Origin: Octopus sinensis
Taxonomy: Eukaryota
Length of the DNA stretch: 64,000 nucleotides
Direction of reading: 5' to 3'
NCBI RefSeq assembly: GCF_006345805.1
Contig: NC_042997.1
Coordinates: forward strand, 157,914,001-157,978,000
The position numbers and the translations under genes are program-made. The notes below the pieces were generated by a model. That model did not search any database, had not been told where the DNA came from, and saw only the letters and a program-made list of their open reading frames with translations. Position 1 is the stretch's first letter. The number at the start of each line of letters is the position of its first letter. Positions 13,374 through 25,100 of the stretch are shown one piece after another.

Positions 13374-15959
13374 TTAATATGTTCAATAAGAAATAATTAT
13401 TTTCGAAATTTTTTCTCTTATGAGGTTTTCACGCTATCTACCTGACAATTTCTTGTTAAGTTTTCCTTATTAAGTAGTTGTCCTTAATTGCTATATATAT
13501 ATATATATATATATATGCATATATGTACGTATATATGTATAGATGTTTACACACACATATATACACATATATATTTCTCCATCCATCTATATCTTGAAGG
13601 AAGGTCCTATGCACCCTTAGGCAAAACGCAGAGTAGCAAGAAACTGACTTTACCAAAATAAAATATTGGATTACTCAATTATTTTAGAATTACTCTATCT
13701 TCAGTAATCTTCTTTTCAACTAAGAAAAGTAATGTGAATCATGTATAAGATCTACGATGTAACTATCTAAACTCTTATCGAAGCATAGGTGTTATTTGTT
13801 AACATAAATGGTTCTCTTAATTGTGGGCTAAAATGTCAACTTTGCATTACTACTCAATAACAAACAATAATAATAACTACAGACAAAGCCGTGACTGCGC
13901 AAGCGAGAGCGAAGACGTAGTTGACAGGCCTCAGTGAGATTTTTTTCCTTTTCATTAAGGACCGTTAAAGTTGTTTGAAAGCAAACACAATGAAAATATT
14001 TGAGACGAGTGAAAATAGAAGAAAGGTGAAACTTTATAGTTTACCTGATTTTTCCAGATACTCCGAGACTAAGATCACTTTGCTGAGAGAAAATAGAAAA
14101 TGGTATCGAGCCGGTACCTTTTGTATAAATATGTGGAAGCGGGATAAATCATACGTGAACTGACATTGTTATAACAGCCGTGAAGTTCTTATCTATTGTT
14201 AACAGGTGTTCTCAGTTTAATAATGGGATTATATATCTTTGATCCAAAAGTTATCAACCTTCCGCTCTGTTCTCTTCATGGGTTGCATTTCTCCATGTGC
14301 TGTTTGTATGAAGATATGCAGTTTTCGGATTGTGCTTCCAGTAAAAGAATTACCACATTTATTGCATATTATTTGGTACAATACAATCCTCAAGCACCTA
14401 TCTACATTGTTGATGAGGCAGTTTGCCAGTGTGCACACATTGCTGCTCTTTCTTGAATAATAAACATAGATATTTTCTCAAGGAAAGACAAAACTGCACC
14501 ATCTGCATATTAAATCCATGTCTACGGATCGTTAGGTGGACTGCAATAATGTTTCTATCAGAGAAATATGGCAGTCTCAGGAAGTACATACAATCTTTAG
14601 AAGTTTGAGCCTGCTTTTAATGTATACGTGCTGGCGTTTGGCGAAAGAGGTTGGGTAGTAGTACAGCCTTATAGAACTGCTTGCTATTAAAAATTTTATC
14701 TCCTACATTTCTGTGTCAGTTGCATATCCAGGAAATTTCATTTTGTATGTAGGTGGTCTTGATTCTAATAGGTGGAGTGATTTGTAGTGTGTAAAATTGT
14801 CCAAAATGATAGATATCGTCTCTCCTCTGTAATCTTGAGTAGGAAATCGAGAACAGCGCAACCTATTTAATAGATATTTACGTATATCTCTCATATGCAA
14901 CAGAAGCGGTATTTGATAAAAAAAAAGCCACTTATGTATCATACATCAGTAAATACATCGTCAAAAAGTATATTTACTGTGGTATTCGTCTGGATATGCT
15001 ATCTTTAATTGACGTGCTGTGTTTTAAGTCACAATACATACGCACACACATGTGCACCAGTGCGCATATACGAATATCGGAAGGAGTTAGAAGCCGTTTC
15101 AGAAGAGAAACTAATGAGAACGCCAAATACATTTCTCTCTCGTTAGGTTGTCAATAGCGTGTACTCACAGCGGGCAGCATGCTCAGACGAAATTCATCGT
15201 CTTCGTTTTAAAAAGAAATTAAGGTAATAAACATTCACTGATACTGCATATAGCCGATCAGTTGAATAGAAATCCATTATATGCAACAGAGCAAATGCAT
15301 TAGATCAAGCCTATAATAGAGTAACATAAATTAGAATTCTGCTTGCAAAAGTAAAAGTAGTAGATTACATATATCATATTGCTGTGATGAATGCATGAGA
15401 ACAATATGGAATATCACGGAAAATCAAACTTGAGGGTAAGTTTTGATTCTTTGTTGGATTTAATTAACTAACTTTCGTAGTATCTTAGACAGTGCCACGC
15501 AAGACACACAGACTAATCACCATTTCCATCAAATGCGTAGTTTTGCTTTAAAAGAGAAATCAATAAACGTACTGCAGAGTCCTGTGAATCAGCAACGTGG
15601 TTTAATGATGATTATATTCTTTTATCTCGTTTGTTAACAGATTTACATTTAAATAAAAAGTAGAGCGAGCGTTAGCTCACATGATGTAATAATTTAAGAA
15701 GTATTAATTGATTGAAACAAATAATTCCAATAAACAAAAAAAATCAAAACATAATTTAATTGAAATGTATTAAACATGGAACGCAGTGGGAATTCAGTCT
15801 GATATTTAGCACTATCAGACTGAATTCCAAATAAAAGTGAGAAGCGATGAATCGAGGAGATAAAGGTGTGAATATACGCCGAGATATGGATGCTGAAATC
15901 CCCAAAAAAACATAAGGAGAGGATGAAAGACATTAAACTCAATAAATGATATAGCAAAA

Positions 15960-16120
15960 TCAAAGATAGTCAGTGCCACATGTGCTATACTCTTTATTAG
16001 TATCGTCCTACCTGCGCTCTTATACGCAAGTGAGACGTGAGCTACTAAGAAGAGGATAGAATATCGATTGACTATGAGGCATAGAGCCATGGAAAGATCC
16101 ACGCTAGGAACACATTTGAA
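15960..16120 (+). mobile_element. RTE-clade LINE fragment (RT C-terminal region)
   Basis: Translates as IVLPALLYASET*ATKKRIEYRLTMRHRAMERSTLG, matching the RTE pattern VLPxLxYGxETW...QRAMERxMLG. Confidence 0.65.
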
Positions 16121-16437
16121 ATGAATTAATTCCAGAACAGAGCGGAGTAAACGAGGTGAAGGAGGAAGAGAGGAAGTTATTTTCTTCTAAATGCTTGCAA
16201 TCACGTCAGTTCTGCTAAAGATACCAGCGAGATGCGTTAATTCTACCATTTGTCTTGGGAAGGAGAGTTGAGAGAACCCTGATAACTGGTAAAGATAAAA
16301 TCCCGTCAGTTCAATGTTAATCTCAAACTGCCAACTCCCTCACTTCGAAAGGTATCGTGGCCCTAATTTTATAGCGAGATTAATTACATAGGGTGGAAAT
16401 GAATGACTTTCTATGTAGGTATTTATAACAGATATAA

Positions 16438-16580
16438 AGGGGCGAGCCAGCAGAATCGTTAGCTCGTTGGACAGATGGTTAGTAATTTTTCGTCCGCCTT
16501 CATGTTCTGAGTTTAAATTCCGTGCAGGTTGATTTTGCCTTTCACCCTTTCGAGGTCGATGAAATAAGTACTAGTTGAAC
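16438..16580 (+). mobile_element. Diverged family A SINE
   Basis: GGCGAGCCAGCAGAATCGTTAGC head and GCCTTTCACCCTTTCGAGGTCGAT core. Confidence 0.7.
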
Positions 16581-17123
16581 ACTACAGACGAAGAAAGAAA
16601 GAAAAATACCATGAGATGAGTAACGAAGTTACTTCTGATTTATAAATCTTGATAAATTTGTCACTTTTTAAATTTGAAAAATAATTAAAGATTTCTTCAT
16701 AACAAGTGTTATTCACATGCAAATTAGAAAAATAAATTTTTAAATGTCTGCGACATAAACAGTCTTTAAGTCTGTCTCATTATCTGCTTGTCTGATGTAC
16801 GATTGCATGTTCACCTCTTTTCTCCTTTCCCTTTTTATCTCTGTTTTAATGAGCCACACATCCTGTATGCGCACGCGTGCACACACATACACTCACATAC
16901 ACGCACACACATGCACACGTGCAAACACATGCGCTTGCCCGCACACAGACACGCACTGTATATGTGAGTTTATACACACACACACACACACAACCACACA
17001 CATGTATATACATGCATACATGTCTTCACTTTCAAAATCACATTTGGGTAAGTTTAAATGTATTTCGTGCGTTCGCATTTTCTTTATCAGTTGTGCGCAA
17101 TTTCTATAATGTCAGCATGTGCG

Positions 17124-17162
<39 letters not shown>

Positions 17163-17789
17163 CTATGTTCACATTAATATAAACACATACATACATATAC
17201 ATACATACATTCTCATACATATACTTACACATTCTTCTTGCCTTTATTCATACACGCTCGAGTCTTTCTCACCATAATTTCTGTGTTCGTACTACTCTAT
17301 ATGTAAATTGGATGCAATGTACACACAAATGCGAGCCGGAATCCCAGCATCTTATTGAACGGGAAATTAATCTCTGCTCTGAGTTATATTGACTGGGTGA
17401 CAGAACGTTAGTGTTAGCAAATAATGACACGAAGCTTATTGTAGACACGTATTGCGTGACATTAGTTGATCCTTGGCGTGAACTCCACCCACCTTTTAGG
17501 ATATTGTAATTTATGTTTCGAGTGAAAATTACACGATATTGAAACAGAATCAAATTAAATAACAATAACTCAAACCGATACTATATGATAATAGTTCAAA
17601 GGTAAGAAAGCTCTTAAAGGAATTATGTGTTGACGTAGAGGAATGAATAGGACTATAATATTTAGGAGCATCGACCACAAGGAAAGTTGAATTGAAAATC
17701 CGTTTAGGGACTTCAAAGATAGCGTTAAACATCGATCTATTACATATAATGTTTATATTTCATTCTGCGCAAAAAGCGAATAAAAAAAA

Positions 17790-18212
17790 TTATTTCTGCC
17801 ATACGCACGGGCCCTGGAATTTTCGGGGAGGTGGTAAGACGAATACTTCGACCTCAGTACTCGACTAGTATCTATCCCGAAAGGACGAAAAGAGAATTCG
17901 ACCTCGGCGGAATTTGAATTCATGACGCGAAGACGGATGAAATGTCGCAAAGCTTTTTGTCTGGCGTGGTAACGATTCTGTCATTTGCCAATTTAATAAT
18001 GCTTTCTATTGTAGTCACAAAGCCTGAAGTTTTTAGGAGAGGAATGGTCGATTAAATTTACCTTAGTGCTTAACCGGTACTAATTTAATCGACCTCTAAA
18101 GAATGAAAGGCAAAATCGACCACGGCAGAATTTGAACTCAGAACGTAAAGACGGACAAAATGCCACCAACCATTTTGTCTGACGGGTGACGATTCTACTC
18201 GGTTGCCGCCTT
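17790..18212 (-). mobile_element. Two tandem diverged family A SINEs
   Basis: Two occurrences of ..AAAGGCAAA(A/G)TCGAC..GGC(G/A)GAATTTGAA.. on the plus strand, near 17880-17920 and 18100-18140. Confidence 0.7.
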
Positions 18213-19022
18213 AATAATAATAGTCATATTACAGCATCATGCATCTCCGAGAGATACCGTTAGCATTCTGTATCACTGTATAGCGGCAAAATACTTTTGG
18301 AGATTACTGCAAAAACAGTAAATGTAGCCCTTTGGTTTTCTACGATTTTGTTGAGTGTAAACAAGTGATAAGGATGTTTCAGAGGTTAAGCTAACCTGTA
18401 TTTCAAAATCATGATGTCAAATTAAATCATCAATACAATTTGTTAAAAAAAAAAAAAAGAATTTACTCCTCTATTGTATGTAAAAAACCTTTCTTCATTT
18501 CTGTTATTATATGGCGTGGAAAACTACTCTGTTTTACCTTCCGAATATTGTAATTCCAAGTTGTAGAGATACGTTAAAAATAAGGTATTATTGTAGCTAG
18601 AAATAATTTCTTCAATGAGTAAAACTACTTGCTGAAGCTTACTAAGTCTCCTACAGACAACATTAACACTATGAACTTCCTTAAATCATACTTTACCACT
18701 ATAAGTTTTAACACTACCAGCTTTATATAAAGCATATGAAATTGATATGTTGGCGCATATATTGATGTATGGCTGTAAGTTCTCTTCATAACTACATGGC
18801 TTAGTGTTCAATCATACTGCATGATATCGTGGATAAGTGTCTTGTACCATAGCCTTGGGATAACCAAAACTTTATGGTTAGATAAGTGAAAACTGCCTCG
18901 GAACCCATGGTTAGACTGCATTTCTTTTCGAATGGTATGATTAATTTGTAGTACAATTTAATACTACCACCTCGCCTTTAGGTGATTTTAGTGGAGATCG
19001 TTTTGTTTAAGCTTTTGGGCAG

Positions 19023-19400
19023 TGTCAGTGCGTAACTGGTACTTAATTTATCGACCCCGAACGGATGAACGGCAAAGTCGACCTCGGCGGAATTTGAACT
19101 CACAACGTAACGGCAGACGAAATACGGCTACGCATTGCGCCCGGCGTGCTAACGGTTCTGCCAGCACGCACACCCTCCTTCTCATACACACGTACACGGA
19201 CATTCATACCCAGTTTTAATAATGGTTTCATATTTTGGCACCAGGTCAGCAATTTCGGAGGATCCCAGTGTCTAACTGGTACTTATTTTACCGACCACGG
19301 AAAGATGAAAGTCGAAATTTGAACACAAAACATAAAGACGGACGGAATGCTGCTGAGCATTTTGCCCGGCGTGCTAATGAATCTGTCAACTCGCTGCCTT
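19023..19400 (-). mobile_element. Two family A SINE copies (19023-19165, younger; 19215-19400, older)
   Basis: Match to the family A consensus seen at 7191-7425. Confidence 0.75.
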
Positions 19401-20204
19401 GTTTGCACGATTTAATTATAATATTTTCTCGGATAAATTTTCTTTCAAGTGCTTTATATTTCTCGTTTATACCATTAATTCTCAACCTTTGACATACAAC
19501 TACTTTTTGTTTCATTATTTCATTCTGTTTGAAGTTAGTCATTCTCCAAACTGTTACACTTTATTAATTTTAATTTTACATTCCTTCCTAATAATAATTT
19601 CTCAAAGAAAACTATTACGCTTGAATGAAAAAGAAATTTCTCACCTTTCTTAGCTTCTTTACTGTTGCTTCTGTAGCGGTAGCTAGATAACTGAATGATC
19701 TCCCTTGCAAGAAAGATCATAGAGTAACCTCTCTTCCTAAGTTTCTCGAAGCATCTGTGTCACGAGACGTGATTCTTAATTATTCAAGAAGCCTATCGTT
19801 TCTCTTGGAAGTTTCTAGAATGTCTAGCATTCCATTAATAAAAACAGCTTGCTAACCCTGCTCTTTGCTTCTTAGTCGATTAGACTTAAAGCCATTCACG
19901 TCATTGCTATATCCGTCTATTTCTCTACGACACATGGCTGAAAACCACCACTTGGCTGTTATTTCTACATTTTCTATCTCTGAACTTTTTTGCATAGATT
20001 ACATCATTCAACTAGATTCTACATTTTGATTATTTATCATCATCGACCAGAAACAAAATATATATTTTTATGTAGTAAATACATAGTTCCAGAATTTATT
20101 CTTCATTTCTATATGAACACTTGTAATAATATACATGCAGCCACATCAACAACTTGTACTGACTATATATATATACCTACTACACTTCCCTTTCATACTT
20201 ACAT

Positions 20205-20365
20205 ATACTGGTTTCAAATTTTAGCGCAAGGCCAGCAATTTTTTTTTGTGGGGTGGGTAAGTCGATAACTTCGATCCCAATGCTCTATTGTACTTATTTT
20301 ATCGACCCCGAGCTCAGAACGTAAATATGGATGAAATGCCGCTAAACATTTTGCTCGGCGTGCTG
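20205..20365 (-). mobile_element. Diverged, internally deleted family A SINE
   Basis: TGGTTTCAAATTTT.GC.CAAGGCCAGCAATTT tail, TACTTATTTTATCGACCCCG core and a head remnant. Confidence 0.6.
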
Positions 20366-21065
20366 ATGAAACTAATAGATATATTTAAATTGTGTGTTAT
20401 ATTCTTGTCTTTTATGAGAGTTGCATCAAGTTATGTATCTGTATGTAGATGTGTTTATATTATCCATGAATTTGAGTGTGAAAAGTGTGTACAACAAAAA
20501 TGTAAAGCAATCGTGATTTAATGTTATAGCTAAGAGTGAATGTCACTCTCCGAAGAGTTATTAGGTGGTGATTTGTTTTTTTAGTAAATGCATTTTCAGT
20601 AGTGATTAGTAAATGCATTTCAGTAGTGATTAGTATTTTTAAACAATTTGATTTCATAGATTTTACTTCGTTTAACTTGTGGTTTTGTAATTTGACTTCT
20701 ATTCTGCAATATACACCTACGATGCTGAGAACGCGGACTATTATTGTACAAAATGTTACGGGACACATTAGTCAATATAAATATATCTCTAAAGTGCATT
20801 TTAAACTCCAGTTCCTTATTCATGAGAAAGTAAACACACTTCGTTGGTTGTGTGTGTGTGTGCGTGCGTGCGTGTGTGTGTGTGTGTGTGTGTGTTTGTG
20901 TGTGTACACATATGCATACACGCACACGCCGAGAACTTATATGCCCCAATATTAAACTAGTTTCTTCAGTCAATACACGGTGAGTGCTTATAAGGTTAAA
21001 GCTTATAGAATATTAACTTACGGAATTGTAAAACTCGGCACCGCTTATCAAATCTTCGCAGAAAA

Positions 21066-21109
<44 letters not shown>

Positions 21110-21182
21110 CACACATACACACACGCACACACACACACATACACACACACACATATGTATATATATATATATATACATATGT

Positions 21183-21480
21183 TACGGAGATGTACTTTCA
21201 TAGCAAGAGATTTCATCTGAGATCGTGCTGAAACAAAAACAATTGCAGCGTGGAAGGTGTTTATAAGCATTTAAAAATACACAAAACCTGTTAGATCCAC
21301 TTCAACATTTAAATTTAAATTCTCAAAATATTTTTGTCGCTTTGAAACCGCGACCTGTTCACTGACAAAATTCCTTACTGCACGGAATATTGACAAATTA
21401 AGTTTAAATGTTGAGGTGAATCTAACGGGTTTTGTGTATTTTTAAATGGCTTATAAACACCTTCCAAGGCTGCAATTGTT
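21183..21480 (-). mobile_element. About 200-bp hammerhead-bearing repeat (Penelope-type or retrozyme-like) with an inverted partial duplication
   Basis: 21183-21380 aligns with 38537-38740. 21238-21332 is the reverse complement of 21386-21480. Hammerhead motif at 21319-21369 on the minus strand. Confidence 0.75.
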
Positions 21481-21527
21481 CCTGTATATTTATGTATGTT
21501 TGTGTGGTGTGTGTGTGTGTGTGTACA

Positions 21528-21573
<46 letters not shown>

Positions 21574-21635
21574 ATATATATATATTATATATATATATAT
21601 ATATTATATATATATATATATAGATAGATAGATAG

Positions 21636-21708
<73 letters not shown>

Positions 21709-22307
21709 TGAATATATGGGTACAGGACGTCACCAACAGTGTAAACATTATATAGTACGAAAGCAAACAACGAGAGAAAAAAATGGGAAACAGGACAAAT
21801 AAAACACAGAACGACCTGTCATCAGTTGTCAGCTGTCTATCTGCTCCTCATTTCGAGCAGTCAACAACAATATGAGTCTTCGAAGACAGTTGCTCCCATA
21901 AATTCCAAAATAAAATTTTTGATTTGCCGAAGGTCAAAGCTGGGAACAAAAACAGGACAGTGGAGGAAAACAGGACAAAGAAACCGAACAAAAACAAACA
22001 TGGAGGGTTTTTAGACCAGAATGAGAGGAGAATAGTGAACGCTGGGAGAAATATATTCTTTGAAAAGCGAAAGTATAGAAGAGAGAGATAGAGAAGTCCA
22101 GTCCTTAGAACGTTGTGCAAGAAAAGGAAGAGGGTGACGTGAGGAAAAGAAGGAGGAGAAAGCGAGAGAGATAGAAAACAGTGATGGGGAGAAAAAGGGA
22201 ATTAGAGATGGGAGAAACAGTATACAGTCGCATCAAAAAGGTTAAGATAAACTCACTTGGAAATGGAAGCGTGGCATTCAATTAAATAACAATATAAATA
22301 ATATAGC

Positions 22308-22530
22308 TCTTATATAAAATCCGTTCTGTCTGTGTGACCTCTAGGATCTCGGTCATCCTCCATCCGATTGCGCTCAAATTTGATATGTAGATACCGACGG
22401 TATCAGGTCGTGTATAAGTCCTGAAAAAAATTACAAAAAATAGATTCCAGTTGAGAATGCGATCGATAAAGCCGTGGAGAATCGTTTTTCTTTGGAATAG
22501 AAACCAAGTCTGTTTTTATTTCTTCTTTTA
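22308..22530 (+). mobile_element. Non-autonomous Helitron/Helentron-like 5' fragment
   Basis: Begins TCTTATATAAAATCCGTTCTGTCTGTGTG...CCGATTGCGCTCAAATTTG, typical of the 5' end of Helitron-derived short elements. No matching 3' CTAG end was confirmed. Confidence 0.45.
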
Positions 22531-22668
22531 CTGTTGTCTCAAATTTAGGTTAAATCAGTGTTTCTCAATGGGACGGTGGGACAAGTTGTTTTGAGAAAAT
22601 TTGGTTTAAATGTTTGACAACTCAGCACAGTCCATTGGACGGGGGCGTTTTGCTCATATGTATATATA

Positions 22669-22735
<67 letters not shown>

Positions 22736-23729
22736 ATAGATAGATAGTTACTGGTAGGGGATCAGCAGTGGCGGATGTAGTACGATCCCTATGGTGTGTC
22801 GCGTGAATAATCACAGAACAGTTAAAACGAATGGCACACTGTAGTGTACTACAGTAATATTCAGCAGCAAACCACCAGGCAAGTGGCCATTGTCTAATGA
22901 TTTTGTACAACGTCGCTAATCAGCACTTAACTAGTTTACGCGCCAATTTTGTCCCACATTAAGAATTCAGCGTGTATCCACTGTGCAATGCCCGTTTGTG
23001 TGGACGGGGCTTCGTTAATTATAGTTATTATTATTTTTACCTGGAACTGCATTTCCAAATTCAAGGTGCATCTACCGCAATTCAGCCCATACTATATCAC
23101 AAAGTAAGACACACAATTTAAACTTCAGATATAATAAACATAATTTAATGTTTTACATTGAATCACGCTCCACACCACACGTTTTGGAATGTTCACAGTC
23201 CAATATTGGTTCTGTAATTATCTTATTGACTTTGGTGACATGAGAAATAAATTTTAACACATTTATTTAGGCAAGACAAAATACAAGATATTTAGATTTT
23301 GTGTTCATTATCACCTTTATCTAACATAACTTTAATAAGACTAAAAATTGTGATTTTTCACCTCCATTTTACAAAAAAGAAGCAGTTCATGTTTTCTTTT
23401 TTATTATCGTCATCACACATACACCACACTGCACTAAACAAACATGAGTTCAGATTATTCCTATTATTTTCCACTTCTTTTAAAACCTTTCAAAAATAAT
23501 CAATAGACTATTTGCATCTATAATGATTTCATGAAAAATTTCTCCTTTTACTTATAGCGATTCAAATTGAACAATTGAACGTATTGTCTTCTGGGCTTTC
23601 CTTGTTTATTGTTCACAAATTAAGATGCTGTAGACATGTTATTTGAAAATGCAAATTTAGGCGAACATTTTCAAATGAAATTACTCCCCACCACACACAC
23701 ATCTCAGTTTAGCAACTTATATAATATAA

Positions 23730-23763
<34 letters not shown>

Positions 23764-23879
23764 TTGTATGACTGTGTATATGTATGTGTGTGCAAAAGGG
23801 AACTCAATACTGTCTCTAGAAGTGCAGATATTTAATGGCTTGGAAAAGTCAGATATGCAATCTATGTGGGTGTCTTTTC

Positions 23880-23972
23880 AAAACATTGGTTTTGAACTAA
23901 GAACGTAACAGCAGACGAAATACCGCTAAGCATTTCGCCCGGCGTGCTGACGTTTCTGCCAGCTCGCCGCCT
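23880..23972 (-). mobile_element. Family A SINE, 5' head fragment
   Basis: GCAGACGAAATACCGCTAAGCATTTCGCCCGGCGTGCT.ACGTTTCTGCCAGCTCGCCGCC. Confidence 0.85.
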
Positions 23973-24055
23973 TAATGCTTCTAAAATATTACTAACAAAG
24001 CTGAACTAATCAGGGTTTTCTAGTTAGATTGACACATTTAAACAGAGGGATTAGA

Positions 24056-24375
24056 GAGGGATTCTCAGCCATTTTTTTTATCTATGAACTCCATTGAATA
24101 CTATTTTATTCTGGTGGACTCCCATAGCCATTCAATGTTTAAAAACTAGTTTTATAGAAACTTCTTTGAAAATTTCTATTTTGTTTTTCACACATTAACT
24201 TGTGTAGATTGAACTATATAAAACGTTAGAGAAAAATACATACTTGTACATACATTTAAAGCAAAATTTTCTCAGGGACTCTTTAAATACCATTGTGGAC
24301 CCTCAATTTACTATTTACCCCCCAAATCTTATAGGGACCCTCAGGGGCCATATGGATCCCGGCTGAGAACCACTG
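24056..24375. mobile_element. hAT (Charlie-like) MITE
   Basis: The right end is the reverse complement of CAGTGGTTCTCAGCC; the left end is GAGGGATTCTCAGCC. Flanks GATTAGAG / GACTAGAA resemble an 8-bp NTCTAGAN-type TSD. Confidence 0.5.
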
Positions 24376-24771
24376 GACTAGAATATTAAAATTGAATTAA
24401 AAATTTGATTCTGGAAAAGTCTGAGATTTCGGGAGAAAAATTTTAGGTAGTCTTGAAAAACGAAATGTTGTGAAATAATTGGAGAAGAATGCATAATGTA
24501 TTAAAAAAAAAAAAAAAATGTTAAAACAAAGTTATAAATTGGAAGTATACGTTAAATAGATGTTACTTTACTAAGAAAGGACTGGAACGTTTTTCTAAAA
24601 TTTTAAGTTACTTGCGGAATTAGTAAAAGAATCCCGTTAATGTATTTAGAACATTTTGAGTAGTGCTGATGTAAATAACCCTTTTCCATCTGTTTAGAAA
24701 TTTCGCATTTTAGATTCATTAATGTATAGTCTCCCTCTCTCGAGAACTCAATGGCAAATTAGTATCAAGCT

Positions 24772-25100
24772 CAAGGCGGTGAGCTGGTAGAATCATTAGC
24801 ACACCGGGCGAAATGCTTAGCGGCATTTCGTCTGACGCTACGTTCTGAGTTCAATTTCCGCCGAGGTCGACTTTGCCTTTCATCCTTTCGAGGTCTATTA
24901 AATAAGTACCAGTTACGCACTGAGGTCGATATTATCGACTTAGTCAGTTTGTCTGTCCTTGTGTTTAGCCCCTTGTGGGTAGTAAAGAAATAGGTATTTC
25001 GTCTATCTTTAAGTTCTGAATTCAAATTCTGCGAAGGTCAACTTTGTCTTACATCCTTTCGGGGTTGATAAAATAAGTACCAGTTAAATATTGGAGTTGA
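24772..25100 (+). mobile_element. Family A SINE, full copy followed by a second headless core (dimer-like)
   Basis: Full head-core-tail at 24772-24990, then TATTTCGTCT...TTCAAATTC..CATCCTTTCGGGG..AAGTACC again. Confidence 0.85.

Noticed and set aside
14229-14438. Minus-strand CNKCGNSF...LH...HGE resembling a C2H2 zinc finger
   Set aside because: His spacing and the TGEKP linker are wrong and there is no tandem array, although octopus C2H2 genes occur in long repeats.
17269-17565. 98-aa minus-strand ORF ending at a donor-like G|GTGAGA site
   Set aside because: No recognisable domain and only a weak acceptor; not enough to call an exon.
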